IMG/VR virus record: IMGVR_UViG_3300006879_000022
Location: 1-24,157 of that record
Origin: a virus
Taxonomy: Duplodnaviria > Caudoviricetes
Length of the DNA: 24,157 nt
Direction: 5' to 3' (one strand)
A program made the position numbers and the translations under genes. The notes beneath the pieces were generated by a model. That model did not search any database. It was not told where the DNA came from and was given only the letters and a program-made list of their open reading frames with translations. Numbering within the stretch: position 1 is the first letter of the stretch; the number at the start of each line of letters is the position of its first letter. Positions 8,121-16,558 of the stretch are shown here, one piece after another.

Positions 8121-8204
8121 AAATACGCATTTAAAACCTTTTCACCGAGACTTTATCACCCATAAATCTTTCGGCGCTTAAAACGGCTCTAAATGCGTTT
8201 TTTT
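8121..8204. terminator. long imperfect hairpin between convergent moron and gpG genes
   Basis: ACGCATTTAAAACC...GGCTCTAAATGCGT outer stem, inner CCGA/TCGG and TTTAT/ATAAA stems, T-run at 8198-8204. Confidence 0.6.
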
Positions 8205-8208
8205 ACAT

Positions 8209-8637
8209 CTACTCAAAAGCCGTCTGATAATGGCGATTGATCGCATCTAAAATTTCATCTTCCGCTATCTCATCAATCCCTAAGAAGCGCCTTTGCGGAA
8301 TGCCACCTTCTTCATACCCTAAGTTATGCGCTGCGGCATAAACCATATTGGAGCCAGCCACGGCTTCCTTCTCTGAACTCTCCGATTGGATCTTATTAAG
8401 CAAGCCATGCTTCTCAAGAATCTTACTGCTGTAGCCCTCGGCGGCCTTCTTGGCGGCATAGGCTTCGCTGAGCGGTTGCCAGGGCAATCCAGTTATCGGG
8501 TCTCGCTCATCTTCAAAGGCTTGATCGGCAGAAGCCACTAATACTTGCGCAATCTCTGCCATCAATGGCGCGGTATCCCCAGTAAGATTTTGTAGTGCTT
8601 CATCAATCGCTTTGGTGTTGACTCGAATCTTAAACAT
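8209..8637 (-). CDS. virion morphogenesis protein (Mu gpG-like)
   Basis: 'FEDERDP..G.PWQPLS', 'GSNMVYAAAHNLG', 'IPQRRFLGI'. Confidence 0.92.
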   Translation of the reverse strand: MFKIRVNTKAIDEALQNLTGDTAPLMAEIAQVLVASADQAFEDERDPITGLPWQPLSEAYAAKKAAEGYSSKILEKHGLLNKIQSESSEKEAVAGSNMVYAAAHNLGYEEGGIPQRRFLGIDEIAEDEILDAINRHYQTAFE

Positions 8638-9367
8638 TGAGCTTCTTCCTTAAGGCTTCTTGGATTGCGCTACTCTTCACTTGTTGAATCCCCTCGATGA
8701 TCAAAGAGCCATCGTCATCGATTGCCGGTGTTGTCCTTGCGCCATTACTCTCAATCACGCGGATAGAAGGGTCGTTCTTTAGCATCTCTTGAAAGCGCCG
8801 ATCGCTTACCGCTCGCACACGGCCTCGGCAACCAAACTCAAATTGACCATTAAGATATGGTGGATAGTTATTATCCCACCACGGGTCATCTGCTCGTGCT
8901 GCAATCTTGTGCACAGCAACATGACTTGGACGCGTTCGCTCATCAATCACTTCAATCCGAATCCACCACGGTTGATTGTTAACATTCGCCTTTTGCGCTT
9001 GATAACGGCCTACATTAAACGCGGTCTGCATTGATCCACGCATCATCTGCTTTAAGCGATATGCCGGAAGATCTTCGCTATATAATCCCATCTTGCTAAG
9101 AGTTGGACGAACCTCTTTGATAAATGCATCGGCAGGCTTTCCCGCCTCAATAGCGGTTAATATCTCGTGGTAGATCTTATCTACAATCCTGGCATTATGA
9201 ATATTTGAGACCGTAAAAGCTTTCTGCCTTGCACGCATTAATGCCTGCTCCACAAATTCATCGGAGACTTTTACCCCTAACTTTGTAAAATACTCAATCG
9301 CTCTTGTGGGCGTTAACTTAAGCGCATAGGCAATATTGACCTTATTCACAGGATTACTCGTTGGCAT
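8630..9367 (-). CDS. minor head morphogenesis protein (Mu gpF/SPP1 gp7 family)
   Basis: 'AFTVS', 'DERTRPSH', 'DDPWWDNNYPP', 'FGCRGRV'. Confidence 0.9.
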   Translation of the reverse strand: MPTSNPVNKVNIAYALKLTPTRAIEYFTKLGVKVSDEFVEQALMRARQKAFTVSNIHNARIVDKIYHEILTAIEAGKPADAFIKEVRPTLSKMGLYSEDLPAYRLKQMMRGSMQTAFNVGRYQAQKANVNNQPWWIRIEVIDERTRPSHVAVHKIAARADDPWWDNNYPPYLNGQFEFGCRGRVRAVSDRRFQEMLKNDPSIRVIESNGARTTPAIDDDGSLIIEGIQQVKSSAIQEALRKKLNV

Positions 9368-10925
9368 TCGCGCCTCCTAAGACTTCAGCGATAAAGATCG
9401 CTTGCGTTAGCATCGCTTCCATTGCTTTGTTATCGAGTTCGGCATAAAGTTCCGGGATTAAATCTTTCGCATATTCAAGACCACCCGCGCGGATGGCATC
9501 GACAATTGGCTCAAGAATCGGATCGATTGCTCGGTTGAATTGTTCAGTGGAAAAACTATTGACCCCATCATCAATTTTATTTTGTGTCGGTGTAAAGCGA
9601 GTTTCACCGCGTTGATTAGAAAGCCCCACAAAGTTCACATCCCCTAGAGATGAGTAAGCATCATAAGCAGGCGCTTCGGGCTTAGATAGGATCTCTTCAT
9701 CTTCCGTCGCTTCCGGAATCTGTAATTTATCGTGCGCCCATGACTTAGGAATCCGTAACCCCATATCCACAAAGGCCGGCAATGCTTGCGCATAATAGGC
9801 GAGATCTTCTGGCTCGGAGGTATCAATCTCAAAGCGAGGATAACGCGTCGGACGGCTGTAACTCTTCGCATTCATCGCCCAAAGAGGGACAATTAGATCG
9901 CGAGTAATCGTAGGCTCAAGCATCGCAATATCACTATGCATGATCTCTTTACGACCACCATCATGGACATTACCAAGGGCATTTGTAGAGGTGACTCCAT
10001 CCGCTTGACTCGTCAATGTTCCACCAAGAATAATCTTACTAATGAGCTTTTCTGCCCAATCGATCACCGATAAGAACTCTCCTGATGCGCCCATTGCTGC
10101 CTGCTGGAATTCTATCGCCATCCCTTGCGGAATGATACCGCCGGCATTATGTCCAATCGACATAATCGCATTTAGGAGCGTTGATTTCTCTTTATCCGTT
10201 GCGCCACTTGGATATCTCCCAAGGCGCATCGGAATGCCGTAGATCTCCAAGAACTCAAGCATATCGCGGATAGGATAGCTCGCAAAGATGAACGGCCAAG
10301 CGAGGACATTAGTCAGGGTTGTTTCACCCAAGTATCCACTCATAGCTGGCGCTCGATGAAAAATCCAGCCAAACTTCCGAAGAGGCAACCCCGACATTGA
10401 CCCATCGGCAATGCGTAACTCATTACGATTCTTCTCAGCGGGCATAAACATGCTTTGGGGGCGCCATGTAATGTTACTTGGGAAGATCATGCTTCCTTCG
10501 GTATTCCATTTAATCTCTTGGCAACTAAAGCCTTTTAAAATTCCATCACAAGCATCAAACAATACTTGATTCATCCATGGGGCATCCTTTAATGCCTCTT
10601 CAATCATCTCTGTATCCCGTGCTTCTTCAGGCGTCGCATTAAGCGGGGGCTTTAAGCTCCAATCAAGAAGTGTGATCGAACGTTTACGTTTACTCATCTC
10701 CGCAAAGATATGCCCATTCTTAGTTTCGAGCTCATGCCCAAGATCACTAATCGCAGTGAGATCACCACCATGCGCACTCTGCACCAGTGCCGCAAGCTTC
10801 TTCGGTGTTAAACCACTTGCAACAGGATCAGGCGCACTTTGCGCCACTCTTGAGAGTTGCTCAGACATCTCTGTCTGCATCTCCCCGACGATGGGGCGTC
10901 CCCATTGATCTACAATCATTCCCAT
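9354..10925 (-). CDS. portal protein (Mu gp29, DUF935-like)
   Basis: 'IVDQWGRP', 'FLEIYGIPMRLGRYP', 'ISKIILGGTLTSQADG', 'NALGNVH'. Likely start is ATG 10925, overlapping the terL stop (TAATG). Confidence 0.93.
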   Translation of the reverse strand: MGMIVDQWGRPIVGEMQTEMSEQLSRVAQSAPDPVASGLTPKKLAALVQSAHGGDLTAISDLGHELETKNGHIFAEMSKRKRSITLLDWSLKPPLNATPEEARDTEMIEEALKDAPWMNQVLFDACDGILKGFSCQEIKWNTEGSMIFPSNITWRPQSMFMPAEKNRNELRIADGSMSGLPLRKFGWIFHRAPAMSGYLGETTLTNVLAWPFIFASYPIRDMLEFLEIYGIPMRLGRYPSGATDKEKSTLLNAIMSIGHNAGGIIPQGMAIEFQQAAMGASGEFLSVIDWAEKLISKIILGGTLTSQADGVTSTNALGNVHDGGRKEIMHSDIAMLEPTITRDLIVPLWAMNAKSYSRPTRYPRFEIDTSEPEDLAYYAQALPAFVDMGLRIPKSWAHDKLQIPEATEDEEILSKPEAPAYDAYSSLGDVNFVGLSNQRGETRFTPTQNKIDDGVNSFSTEQFNRAIDPILEPIVDAIRAGGLEYAKDLIPELYAELDNKAMEAMLTQAIFIAEVLGGANANE

Positions 10926-12421
10926 TACCAACATCCTCTATCTTTTATGTCATGTATTCCGTCATCATCGAAGCTATCGGTTAAGGCAGTAAATTCAATG
11001 ACACCGCCTTCCATGTAGCTCGCTCGCACCGCTAAAAAAGCCGCAACAGCGCCATCACCATGTCGATTCCCGCCACGAGCAGATTTAGTTGTTCCTTTCT
11101 CAATTTTAGGAATCCCCCCAATATTCTGAATCTTACGGTGATCTTGGATGATCTCCTCATCTTTCGGAATCTCGATATAACCACTTTCAAACAACGATTT
11201 AAAAGGCGGCATCCACTCTTGGTAATACTTGTTAGAGAGCATTACTGCATCCACCATGTTTGCGCCATAACTCAATGTCGCTTGCTCACCTAAATACCCG
11301 CCATTCCCTGTTGAGTCTAGTGCCATCCCCACAACCCTTGGAGTCATTGCCACAACCGCTTTAAAGATCTGCTCTTGTTGCTTATATGGCATGTTTTTCA
11401 GCTCAACCATGCGCCGAATCATGCGTGTGGTATCGCTCTTAATCGCACAGATCGCAATCACTGTTAAGTCACCAGAGCGGGCAAAGTCCTCTCCAATCGA
11501 ATGACGGTCATCCTCATCGAGCATCGACAAGAAAGGCGTTAGTGTCTCTTTAATCCATGCCTCGGCTTCGCGAGCTTGCTCTTCTACAGATAGCGTCATA
11601 AACGTTTCAGGCGCCGTAAAGCGAATCACTTTATGTTCTTCACGTGCAGCACGGGTTAAGAGGTGATAAGGAATATAAGCGCCGGATGAATGCTTCGGTA
11701 CACAATCATATTCTTCTAAAGCATCTTCTTTGGTGGCCGTTGAGTTTCGGAGATTCTCTTTCCACTCAATCTCTTTTTGGATGGACCACTCTTGCCCCGT
11801 TGTTTGGCAAATACGCTTATACAATCCTTCTCGGCAAGCATCATCAAGCGTAATGCGATGAATCTGCCATCCCTTACGCTGACCTTTGCGAGTCTCTTCA
11901 ATCAGCTGATTAAAGAGGCTCTCAACGCCGTTGTGGGTCGAGATCAATCTAATCTTTGCACCCCACATTGTGAGCGCCAATGCCGCTTTCAAGACTTCAT
12001 CCAGTCTTTCGTGGAAAGCTGCCTCATCAACGGTTACATTCCCCTGAAGTCCGCGCAGGTTACGGGGGTTACTAGAGAGTGCTTGCACCTTAAAGCCTGA
12101 AGCGAAGTAAATCACGAAGGTGAGAATATCTTTATCCTCATCATTGAAGATCTCTTCTCTTATTTCGCCAGCCGCCTCATTAAAGATGTTGGCCCACATT
12201 GCGGCCGCATCAATAAATTCCCGCGCCATCTCTTTGGTGGAACCCACGTAAAAATGATTCCGCCCACCGGCACTTTTAGCACTCGCGGCGGTCAATACGG
12301 CGTCTGCCGCTTCTGCCCAAGTGAGACCTGTACGGCGAGATTTCTCAGCGATCTTTACGATGGATTGATCATTAATCCAACGCTTTTGGTAAGGGAGTAA
12401 TACATCATTGGGATCGTACAT
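10925..12421 (-). CDS. terL: terminase large subunit (Mu gp28-like)
   Basis: 'LLPYQKRW', 'EKSRRTGLTWAEA', Walker B 'VDEAAFH', 'ISTHNG', nuclease motifs 'DFARSGD' and 'HGDGAVA'. Confidence 0.95.
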   Translation of the reverse strand: MYDPNDVLLPYQKRWINDQSIVKIAEKSRRTGLTWAEAADAVLTAASAKSAGGRNHFYVGSTKEMAREFIDAAAMWANIFNEAAGEIREEIFNDEDKDILTFVIYFASGFKVQALSSNPRNLRGLQGNVTVDEAAFHERLDEVLKAALALTMWGAKIRLISTHNGVESLFNQLIEETRKGQRKGWQIHRITLDDACREGLYKRICQTTGQEWSIQKEIEWKENLRNSTATKEDALEEYDCVPKHSSGAYIPYHLLTRAAREEHKVIRFTAPETFMTLSVEEQAREAEAWIKETLTPFLSMLDEDDRHSIGEDFARSGDLTVIAICAIKSDTTRMIRRMVELKNMPYKQQEQIFKAVVAMTPRVVGMALDSTGNGGYLGEQATLSYGANMVDAVMLSNKYYQEWMPPFKSLFESGYIEIPKDEEIIQDHRKIQNIGGIPKIEKGTTKSARGGNRHGDGAVAAFLAVRASYMEGGVIEFTALTDSFDDDGIHDIKDRGCW

Positions 12422-12987
12422 TATGCGATTCCTAAAATCTTATTCTTAAAGAGCTGAACGGTCTCATCTGTAAGCCCTTCAGCCTTACCAATAATCTCAA
12501 TCTCTTTGGAGGCTTCCTCCGCAAAGGCTTTCCGTGCTTCAATGATTCGCTTCTGGCTTGTTGCCGCTGCTCCTTCGAGCCTTGCCATTGAGAGGGTAAG
12601 ATTGCGCAGATCTTCAGATTTAATCTCATCATTTTGTGATAGTTTCATCGTGATATTGAACACAATGGAGCGAAGCATCTCGATAGAGATCATTGATACA
12701 TCTGATTCAGCACTAGAGCCGAGAGTTTCTGCCCATTGCTTACTAATCTCGCGGGCTTCTTTAATCTGTTTACCCACCGTTTCCATCTGCGCGGCATAAC
12801 GATTAAGCCCAGAACGACTGAGCTTTGCATCCTCATCAAGACCATGTTCTTCAATCAACTCATTAATGGCGTCCAACACCTCAAGTTGAGTGTTGCTCTT
12901 ATCGCGCAATAACTGATGAAGTTCATCCTTGAGCTTCTCTGGCAGTAAATCAACTTTTGAAGCTCTGCCACGAGTAATACGACTCAT
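12421..12987 (-). CDS. terminase small subunit (Mu gp27, DUF3486-like)
   Basis: 'RGRASKVDLLP', 'LSRSGLNRYA', C-terminal 'ILGIA'; directly upstream of terL. Confidence 0.9.
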   Translation of the reverse strand: MSRITRGRASKVDLLPEKLKDELHQLLRDKSNTQLEVLDAINELIEEHGLDEDAKLSRSGLNRYAAQMETVGKQIKEAREISKQWAETLGSSAESDVSMISIEMLRSIVFNITMKLSQNDEIKSEDLRNLTLSMARLEGAAATSQKRIIEARKAFAEEASKEIEIIGKAEGLTDETVQLFKNKILGIA

Positions 12988-13283
12988 AGCTCTCCTGCCT
13001 TTGGACGGCGTACTCCACTAACTTCTTCACGTCCTTCCGCGACATCTTGGCCTTTCTGGGTTAACTTCGCTTTGGTAAAGGGACCGATTTTCGAGAGCTC
13101 CACAAGACCCATTCCCTCAAGCCATAAAAGATGTTCCTCTAAATCATGACTAGATACACGATGTCCATAGGCATCTAGCGCAGTTTTAATCATGTTTGCA
13201 TTCCCATCAAACCCCATGTGTACAAGGGACAATAGAATTAGATAACGCTGATCTTTTTGTAATATCTCTTTAAATGCACTCAT
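12984..13283 (-). CDS. Mu gp26-like winged-helix protein
   Basis: 'DQRYLILLSL', 'LLWLEGMGLV', 'LTQKGQDVAEG...GVRRP'. Confidence 0.85.
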   Translation of the reverse strand: MSAFKEILQKDQRYLILLSLVHMGFDGNANMIKTALDAYGHRVSSHDLEEHLLWLEGMGLVELSKIGPFTKAKLTQKGQDVAEGREEVSGVRRPKAGEL

Positions 13284-13567
13284 TCCTTTTTCCCTTTGTT
13301 TAGCTCTTTTTGCACCAATAAATCAACATTCTTTTTAAGCCATACCATATCCGCACTAATGCCCGACATCGTACGATTTAACTCATTAAACTCATGACTG
13401 GAAGGGAGGGCTTTCACCTCTCCTTCTAAGGTTGTAATTCGCCGTTTCTCAACATCCAGCTCACTTTTGTTGGCAAACGTTTTGCCGAGCGCATACCAAA
13501 AAGCGGGAAAAATAAACCCATTAATAAGAACAACCCAATACTTCTCTAAGAACTCCATTACTGTCAT
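13280..13567 (-). CDS. Mu gp25-like membrane protein (DUF2730-like)
   Basis: N-terminal TM segment, coiled coil, 'LPSSHE', 'LLVQKEL'; start ATG 13567 coupled to the upstream TGA. Confidence 0.75.
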   Translation of the reverse strand: MTVMEFLEKYWVVLINGFIFPAFWYALGKTFANKSELDVEKRRITTLEGEVKALPSSHEFNELNRTMSGISADMVWLKKNVDLLVQKELNKGKKE

Positions 13568-13797
13568 AGATGCTTCTCCCACAATGCTTGGCAATCAATA
13601 CACAAAACAGCATTTGGAAGTGCTTCTATGCGTCTTGTCGGGATAGGCTCATCACATTCAGCACACAATTGCACTTGCACGCCATCAATTTCCTCAAAAA
13701 CAGCACTAAATGCAGGTCTTTTCTTCAAAGCTTTTTCAAGTGCAAGCGCTCTATGCCACTCTGCTAATTCGTTGGCGCGGTCGATGATGTCACTCAT
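13564..13797 (-). CDS. TraR/DksA C4 zinc-finger protein
   Basis: N-terminal DxxDxA motif (MSDIIDRANE); CxxC-x17-CxxC ('CAECDEPIPTRRIEALPNAVLCIDCQ'). Confidence 0.9.
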   Translation of the reverse strand: MSDIIDRANELAEWHRALALEKALKKRPAFSAVFEEIDGVQVQLCAECDEPIPTRRIEALPNAVLCIDCQALWEKHL

Positions 13798-13978
13798 TGC
13801 AAATCTCCTTTCTCACTCTCCACTGGATCAGGATTTCTTGCTGGGTCTCCATCGTGTCGAATTCGCTCCCCGTAACGCGAGGAATCAACAGGCACCCGTG
13901 ATCCACTTCCACGTAACGCACCGAGCTTGCGCAGCTCATCAAGAAGCTGCTCACGATCAAGACGAGCGATACTTTCAT
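13790..13978 (-). CDS. o-spanin (Rz1-like outer-membrane lipoprotein)
   Basis: MKVSLVLIVSSFLMS-C lipobox; almost entirely embedded in another frame of the i-spanin gene. Confidence 0.8.
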   Translation of the reverse strand: MKVSLVLIVSSFLMSCASSVRYVEVDHGCLLIPRVTGSEFDTMETQQEILIQWRVRKEICNE

Positions 13979-14156
13979 CAATTTGATCTTTAGATTTAAT
14001 AACATTGATAATCTTAGTGGTGATTGCGCTCTCACGATCTGCCTCCTGTTGTAGCTCTTTATTTTTTTGGTTAAGCTGATCATTACTTCGCTTTAACAAC
14101 GCAATAATTACGCCTAACAAGCCCATTGCAACGATATTAAGCATCATCGTATTCAT
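13794..14156 (-). CDS. i-spanin (Rz-like)
   Basis: Single N-terminal TM helix followed by a coiled coil; AAGGAG RBS before ATG 14156; follows endolysin and holin. Confidence 0.8.
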   Translation of the reverse strand: MNTMMLNIVAMGLLGVIIALLKRSNDQLNQKNKELQQEADRESAITTKIINVIKSKDQIDESIARLDREQLLDELRKLGALRGSGSRVPVDSSRYGERIRHDGDPARNPDPVESEKGDLQ

Positions 14157-14421
14157 TCTCACTCCTTAGCTGTGGTGCGCTCGGGCGATCAATGTCGCTC
14201 CGATAACTCTTTTGCTTCGTCTCAACAACCCCTTTGGTAACGGTTAAACCGCCCCCAACTGTCATCATTGTGATGAAAAAATAGAGTGCATCGGGGGTTC
14301 CTTTTATAATTGTGATAATGGTGACAACCCAACCAATCACGAGCGATAGCAGAGTAATGGTTTTTGTATTATCAAACCGAGCCTCCCGATCACTAAAGAG
14401 TTCTAGTAGTTTTTCTTTCAT
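14137..14421 (-). CDS. putative holin (two TM segments)
   Basis: 94 aa, two hydrophobic helices and a charged C-terminal tail, between endolysin and spanins. Confidence 0.7.
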   Translation of the reverse strand: MKEKLLELFSDREARFDNTKTITLLSLVIGWVVTIITIIKGTPDALYFFITMMTVGGGLTVTKGVVETKQKSYRSDIDRPSAPQLRSENEYDDA

Positions 14422-14933
14422 ACCGTGACCTCTTTTTTACCGCCTTTTAACCACTCAATGAGGCGCTCCCAAAATGATTTTGGTTTTGTCTCTTTAGGCG
14501 GTTCAGGTAACACCAGCTCCGCATACTCTGTGGCGGCATCGAAGCTCGGACAGGCCTTATTGGCAAACTCACAATGCCCATGAATCGTGGCATCTGGATA
14601 ACGTCCTTTTAATTCGAGCAATAACTGGCGCAACGCTTTTTTCTGCTCTGGCGTACGGGTATCTTTAGGCGCTGTATTAGAGGCATTCATGCCACCGATG
14701 TAGCAGATACCAATGCTATATTTGTTATGACTTCTTACATGCGCGCCTACAACGGCCTCATCTCGCCCTTTATGGATAGACCCATCAAGATGAATCACAT
14801 AGTGATAGCCAACCTCTCTCCACCCCTGTGCTTTATGCCATCGTTGAATGTCATCAATCGTGTTATTCCGCCCTTCAGGTGTTGCAGAGCAATGGACGAT
14901 CAACTTATCGATCTTCCTTTTTGTTTGTCCCAT
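14418..14933 (-). CDS. endolysin, N-acetylmuramoyl-L-alanine amidase (T7 lysozyme/Amidase_2 family)
   Basis: 'LIVHCSAT', 'GYHYVI', 'GAHV..HN..SIGICYIGG', 'IHGH', 'KACPSF' zinc-amidase motifs. Confidence 0.95.
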   Translation of the reverse strand: MGQTKRKIDKLIVHCSATPEGRNNTIDDIQRWHKAQGWREVGYHYVIHLDGSIHKGRDEAVVGAHVRSHNKYSIGICYIGGMNASNTAPKDTRTPEQKKALRQLLLELKGRYPDATIHGHCEFANKACPSFDAATEYAELVLPEPPKETKPKSFWERLIEWLKGGKKEVTV

Positions 14934-15010
14934 TAAAAAACCCTCATAATTGAAGTTACGAGGGTATTATTGATTTTTCGATCGGTAGTAATGAATTATA
15001 AGATTTTAAA
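14934..15010 (-). promoter_or_regulatory. putative Mor/C-activated late promoter for the lysis/packaging operon (Plys-like)
   Basis: TTTAAAATCTTATAAT-23 nt-AATAAT, then hairpin and T-run, then ATG. Confidence 0.65.
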
Positions 15011-15326
15011 CCAAGTCTAACGTTCCTTGGTTACGTTGTTGTCTTAGCTTACGCTGTTCTGCAATAATCTGATAGATGCGAGGTTCAGTTAAATCATACT
15101 TCATACAGAGCTCTTTGTGATTGCTTCCGTTAAAATCAGTATAGATTTGTTGATCTCGAACAAAAGAGCGAAAAGAGACCGCTTTTGGAAGATAGAGAAT
15201 CTGCCCACCAAAATGCTCAGTCAAGAGTAATACAAGCTCCTCACCGGTTAATCTCTTATCTCTTTGTGCTTGATCGATGGTTGCAATTAGCTGCTCGCAA
15301 AGATCGGGCCATTTGTTGTTGTGCAT
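15006..15326 (-). CDS. Mor/C family transcription activator
   Basis: 'FGGQILYLPK', 'RDQQIYTDFNGSNHKELCMKYDLTEPRIYQII'. Confidence 0.93.
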   Translation of the reverse strand: MHNNKWPDLCEQLIATIDQAQRDKRLTGEELVLLLTEHFGGQILYLPKAVSFRSFVRDQQIYTDFNGSNHKELCMKYDLTEPRIYQIIAEQRKLRQQRNQGTLDLV

Positions 15327-15354
15327 CTTTATTCCTCATCACTCAATATGAGAA

Positions 15355-15395
15355 ATATTACACCAAGCCAACTAAAGTGGCAAAAAATCGCTACT
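15355..15395 (-). promoter_or_regulatory. sigma70-like promoter of the Mor/C gene, overlapped by an inverted repeat
   Basis: TTGCCA(15383-15378)-17 nt-TAATAT(15360-15355); dyad AGTGGC-N8-GCTACT at 15376-15395. Confidence 0.55.
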
Positions 15396-15404
15396 CTTTG
15401 TAAT

Positions 15405-15818
15405 CTAAATAACAAGATACTTGTACATTTTTACCATTATTAAAGACTCCTGTTGATACAAAATAGGGATAGAAGGTTTTAGAATAAAAATCAAGTTCTC
15501 ATCTAGGTAATTATTATGATCTTTTACGCGAGTTGAAAGCATATCTTTAGCCTTATTTGAATCAGTAGAATTGAGCAGTTTTTTAAAAGCAATATCGCAA
15601 TAGTGAATTACGTCTTTTACATCCTCTGCAGTAGCATTCACATTAATTGATTTATCATTAAAAAAATAACTAACAGAGGTGTTTAGTGTCGATAACTTAC
15701 ATACGTTATTTTCGCAAGAAAAACCATTATCTATAAGATCTTTATCTGAAAGACGCGCACTAGCAAATATTAATAGGGATACAAATAGAATGTTAAGCTT
15801 AAAAATCTCTCGAGCCAT
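15405..15818 (-). CDS. hypothetical exported protein co-transcribed with the repressor
   Basis: AT-rich, signal-peptide-like N-terminus, CxxxxC, AGGAG RBS before ATG 15818, overlaps the repressor 3' end. Confidence 0.65.
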   Translation of the reverse strand: MAREIFKLNILFVSLLIFASARLSDKDLIDNGFSCENNVCKLSTLNTSVSYFFNDKSINVNATAEDVKDVIHYCDIAFKKLLNSTDSNKAKDMLSTRVKDHNNYLDENLIFILKPSIPILYQQESLIMVKMYKYLVI

Positions 15819-16452
15819 GAACAACTTCTCCTATAATTTCAACATCTTCAGATGATAATATGGCTGGTGTTATTACTTCATCCTCATAAAAAGAGTTAGC
15901 ACTTCTTAAAACCAAGTCGCCATTTAAGCGAGTTTCTATGTATTTAACTTTTAATTCATTTCTTACTCTAATAACAAATATCTTACCGCTTAATGGTGTA
16001 TTTCTTGATCTATTTACAACTAAAAATTCTCCGTCTTGAATAATTGGGATCATGCTATCACCAACGGCTTTAACTACTATTAGATCATTCAGTTTGTAGC
16101 CATGATAATCTGCCCACTTCTTTCGGAAGGCATGATATTTTTTGCAATCTTCACCGTTTACCTGACGACCAAATCCAGCTGATACTTCAACGTCATATAC
16201 GGGAACATATATATATTCATTATGTTGTATTGCTTCAGCCCATGAAGCTTTATGATTTTTATTGCCAGTTATTATGTAGTGAGTATCTATATTTATGGCT
16301 TCTAACTTAGATAAATGCACCGCATTTGGATGAGTTGACCCTTTTTCCCACTCCCATATGGTTCTTTTACCAACATCTAGGTAGTCGGCAAATTCCTGTT
16401 GTGTAAGGCCTTTTCTAATCCTCTCTTCTTTTATTCGGTCTCCGATACTCAT
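15799..16452 (-). CDS. prophage repressor, XRE HTH plus S24 peptidase (CI-like)
   Basis: HTH 'LTQQEFADYLDVGKRTIWEWEKG', Ala-Gly site 'SAGFG', catalytic 'GDSM' and 'LKVKY'; GAGGTG RBS before ATG 16452. Confidence 0.93.
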   Translation of the reverse strand: MSIGDRIKEERIRKGLTQQEFADYLDVGKRTIWEWEKGSTHPNAVHLSKLEAINIDTHYIITGNKNHKASWAEAIQHNEYIYVPVYDVEVSAGFGRQVNGEDCKKYHAFRKKWADYHGYKLNDLIVVKAVGDSMIPIIQDGEFLVVNRSRNTPLSGKIFVIRVRNELKVKYIETRLNGDLVLRSANSFYEDEVITPAILSSEDVEIIGEVVHGSRDF

Positions 16453-16466
16453 TATCACCTCTGAAT

Positions 16467-16558
16467 GTAGATATTTAAATCACTATTAATTTGACTATTG
16501 ATTTTTATTGCCATAATATAGTCAGCAAGCAATAGAAGATGGCAGTTAAAGTCAACTT
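16467..16558. promoter_or_regulatory. divergent lysis/lysogeny switch region with early promoter and three operator-like repeats
   Basis: TTGACT(16491)-17 nt-TAATAT(16514) and TGnCATAAT; related 20-mers at 16467-16486, 16495-16514 and 16539-16558. Confidence 0.65.
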
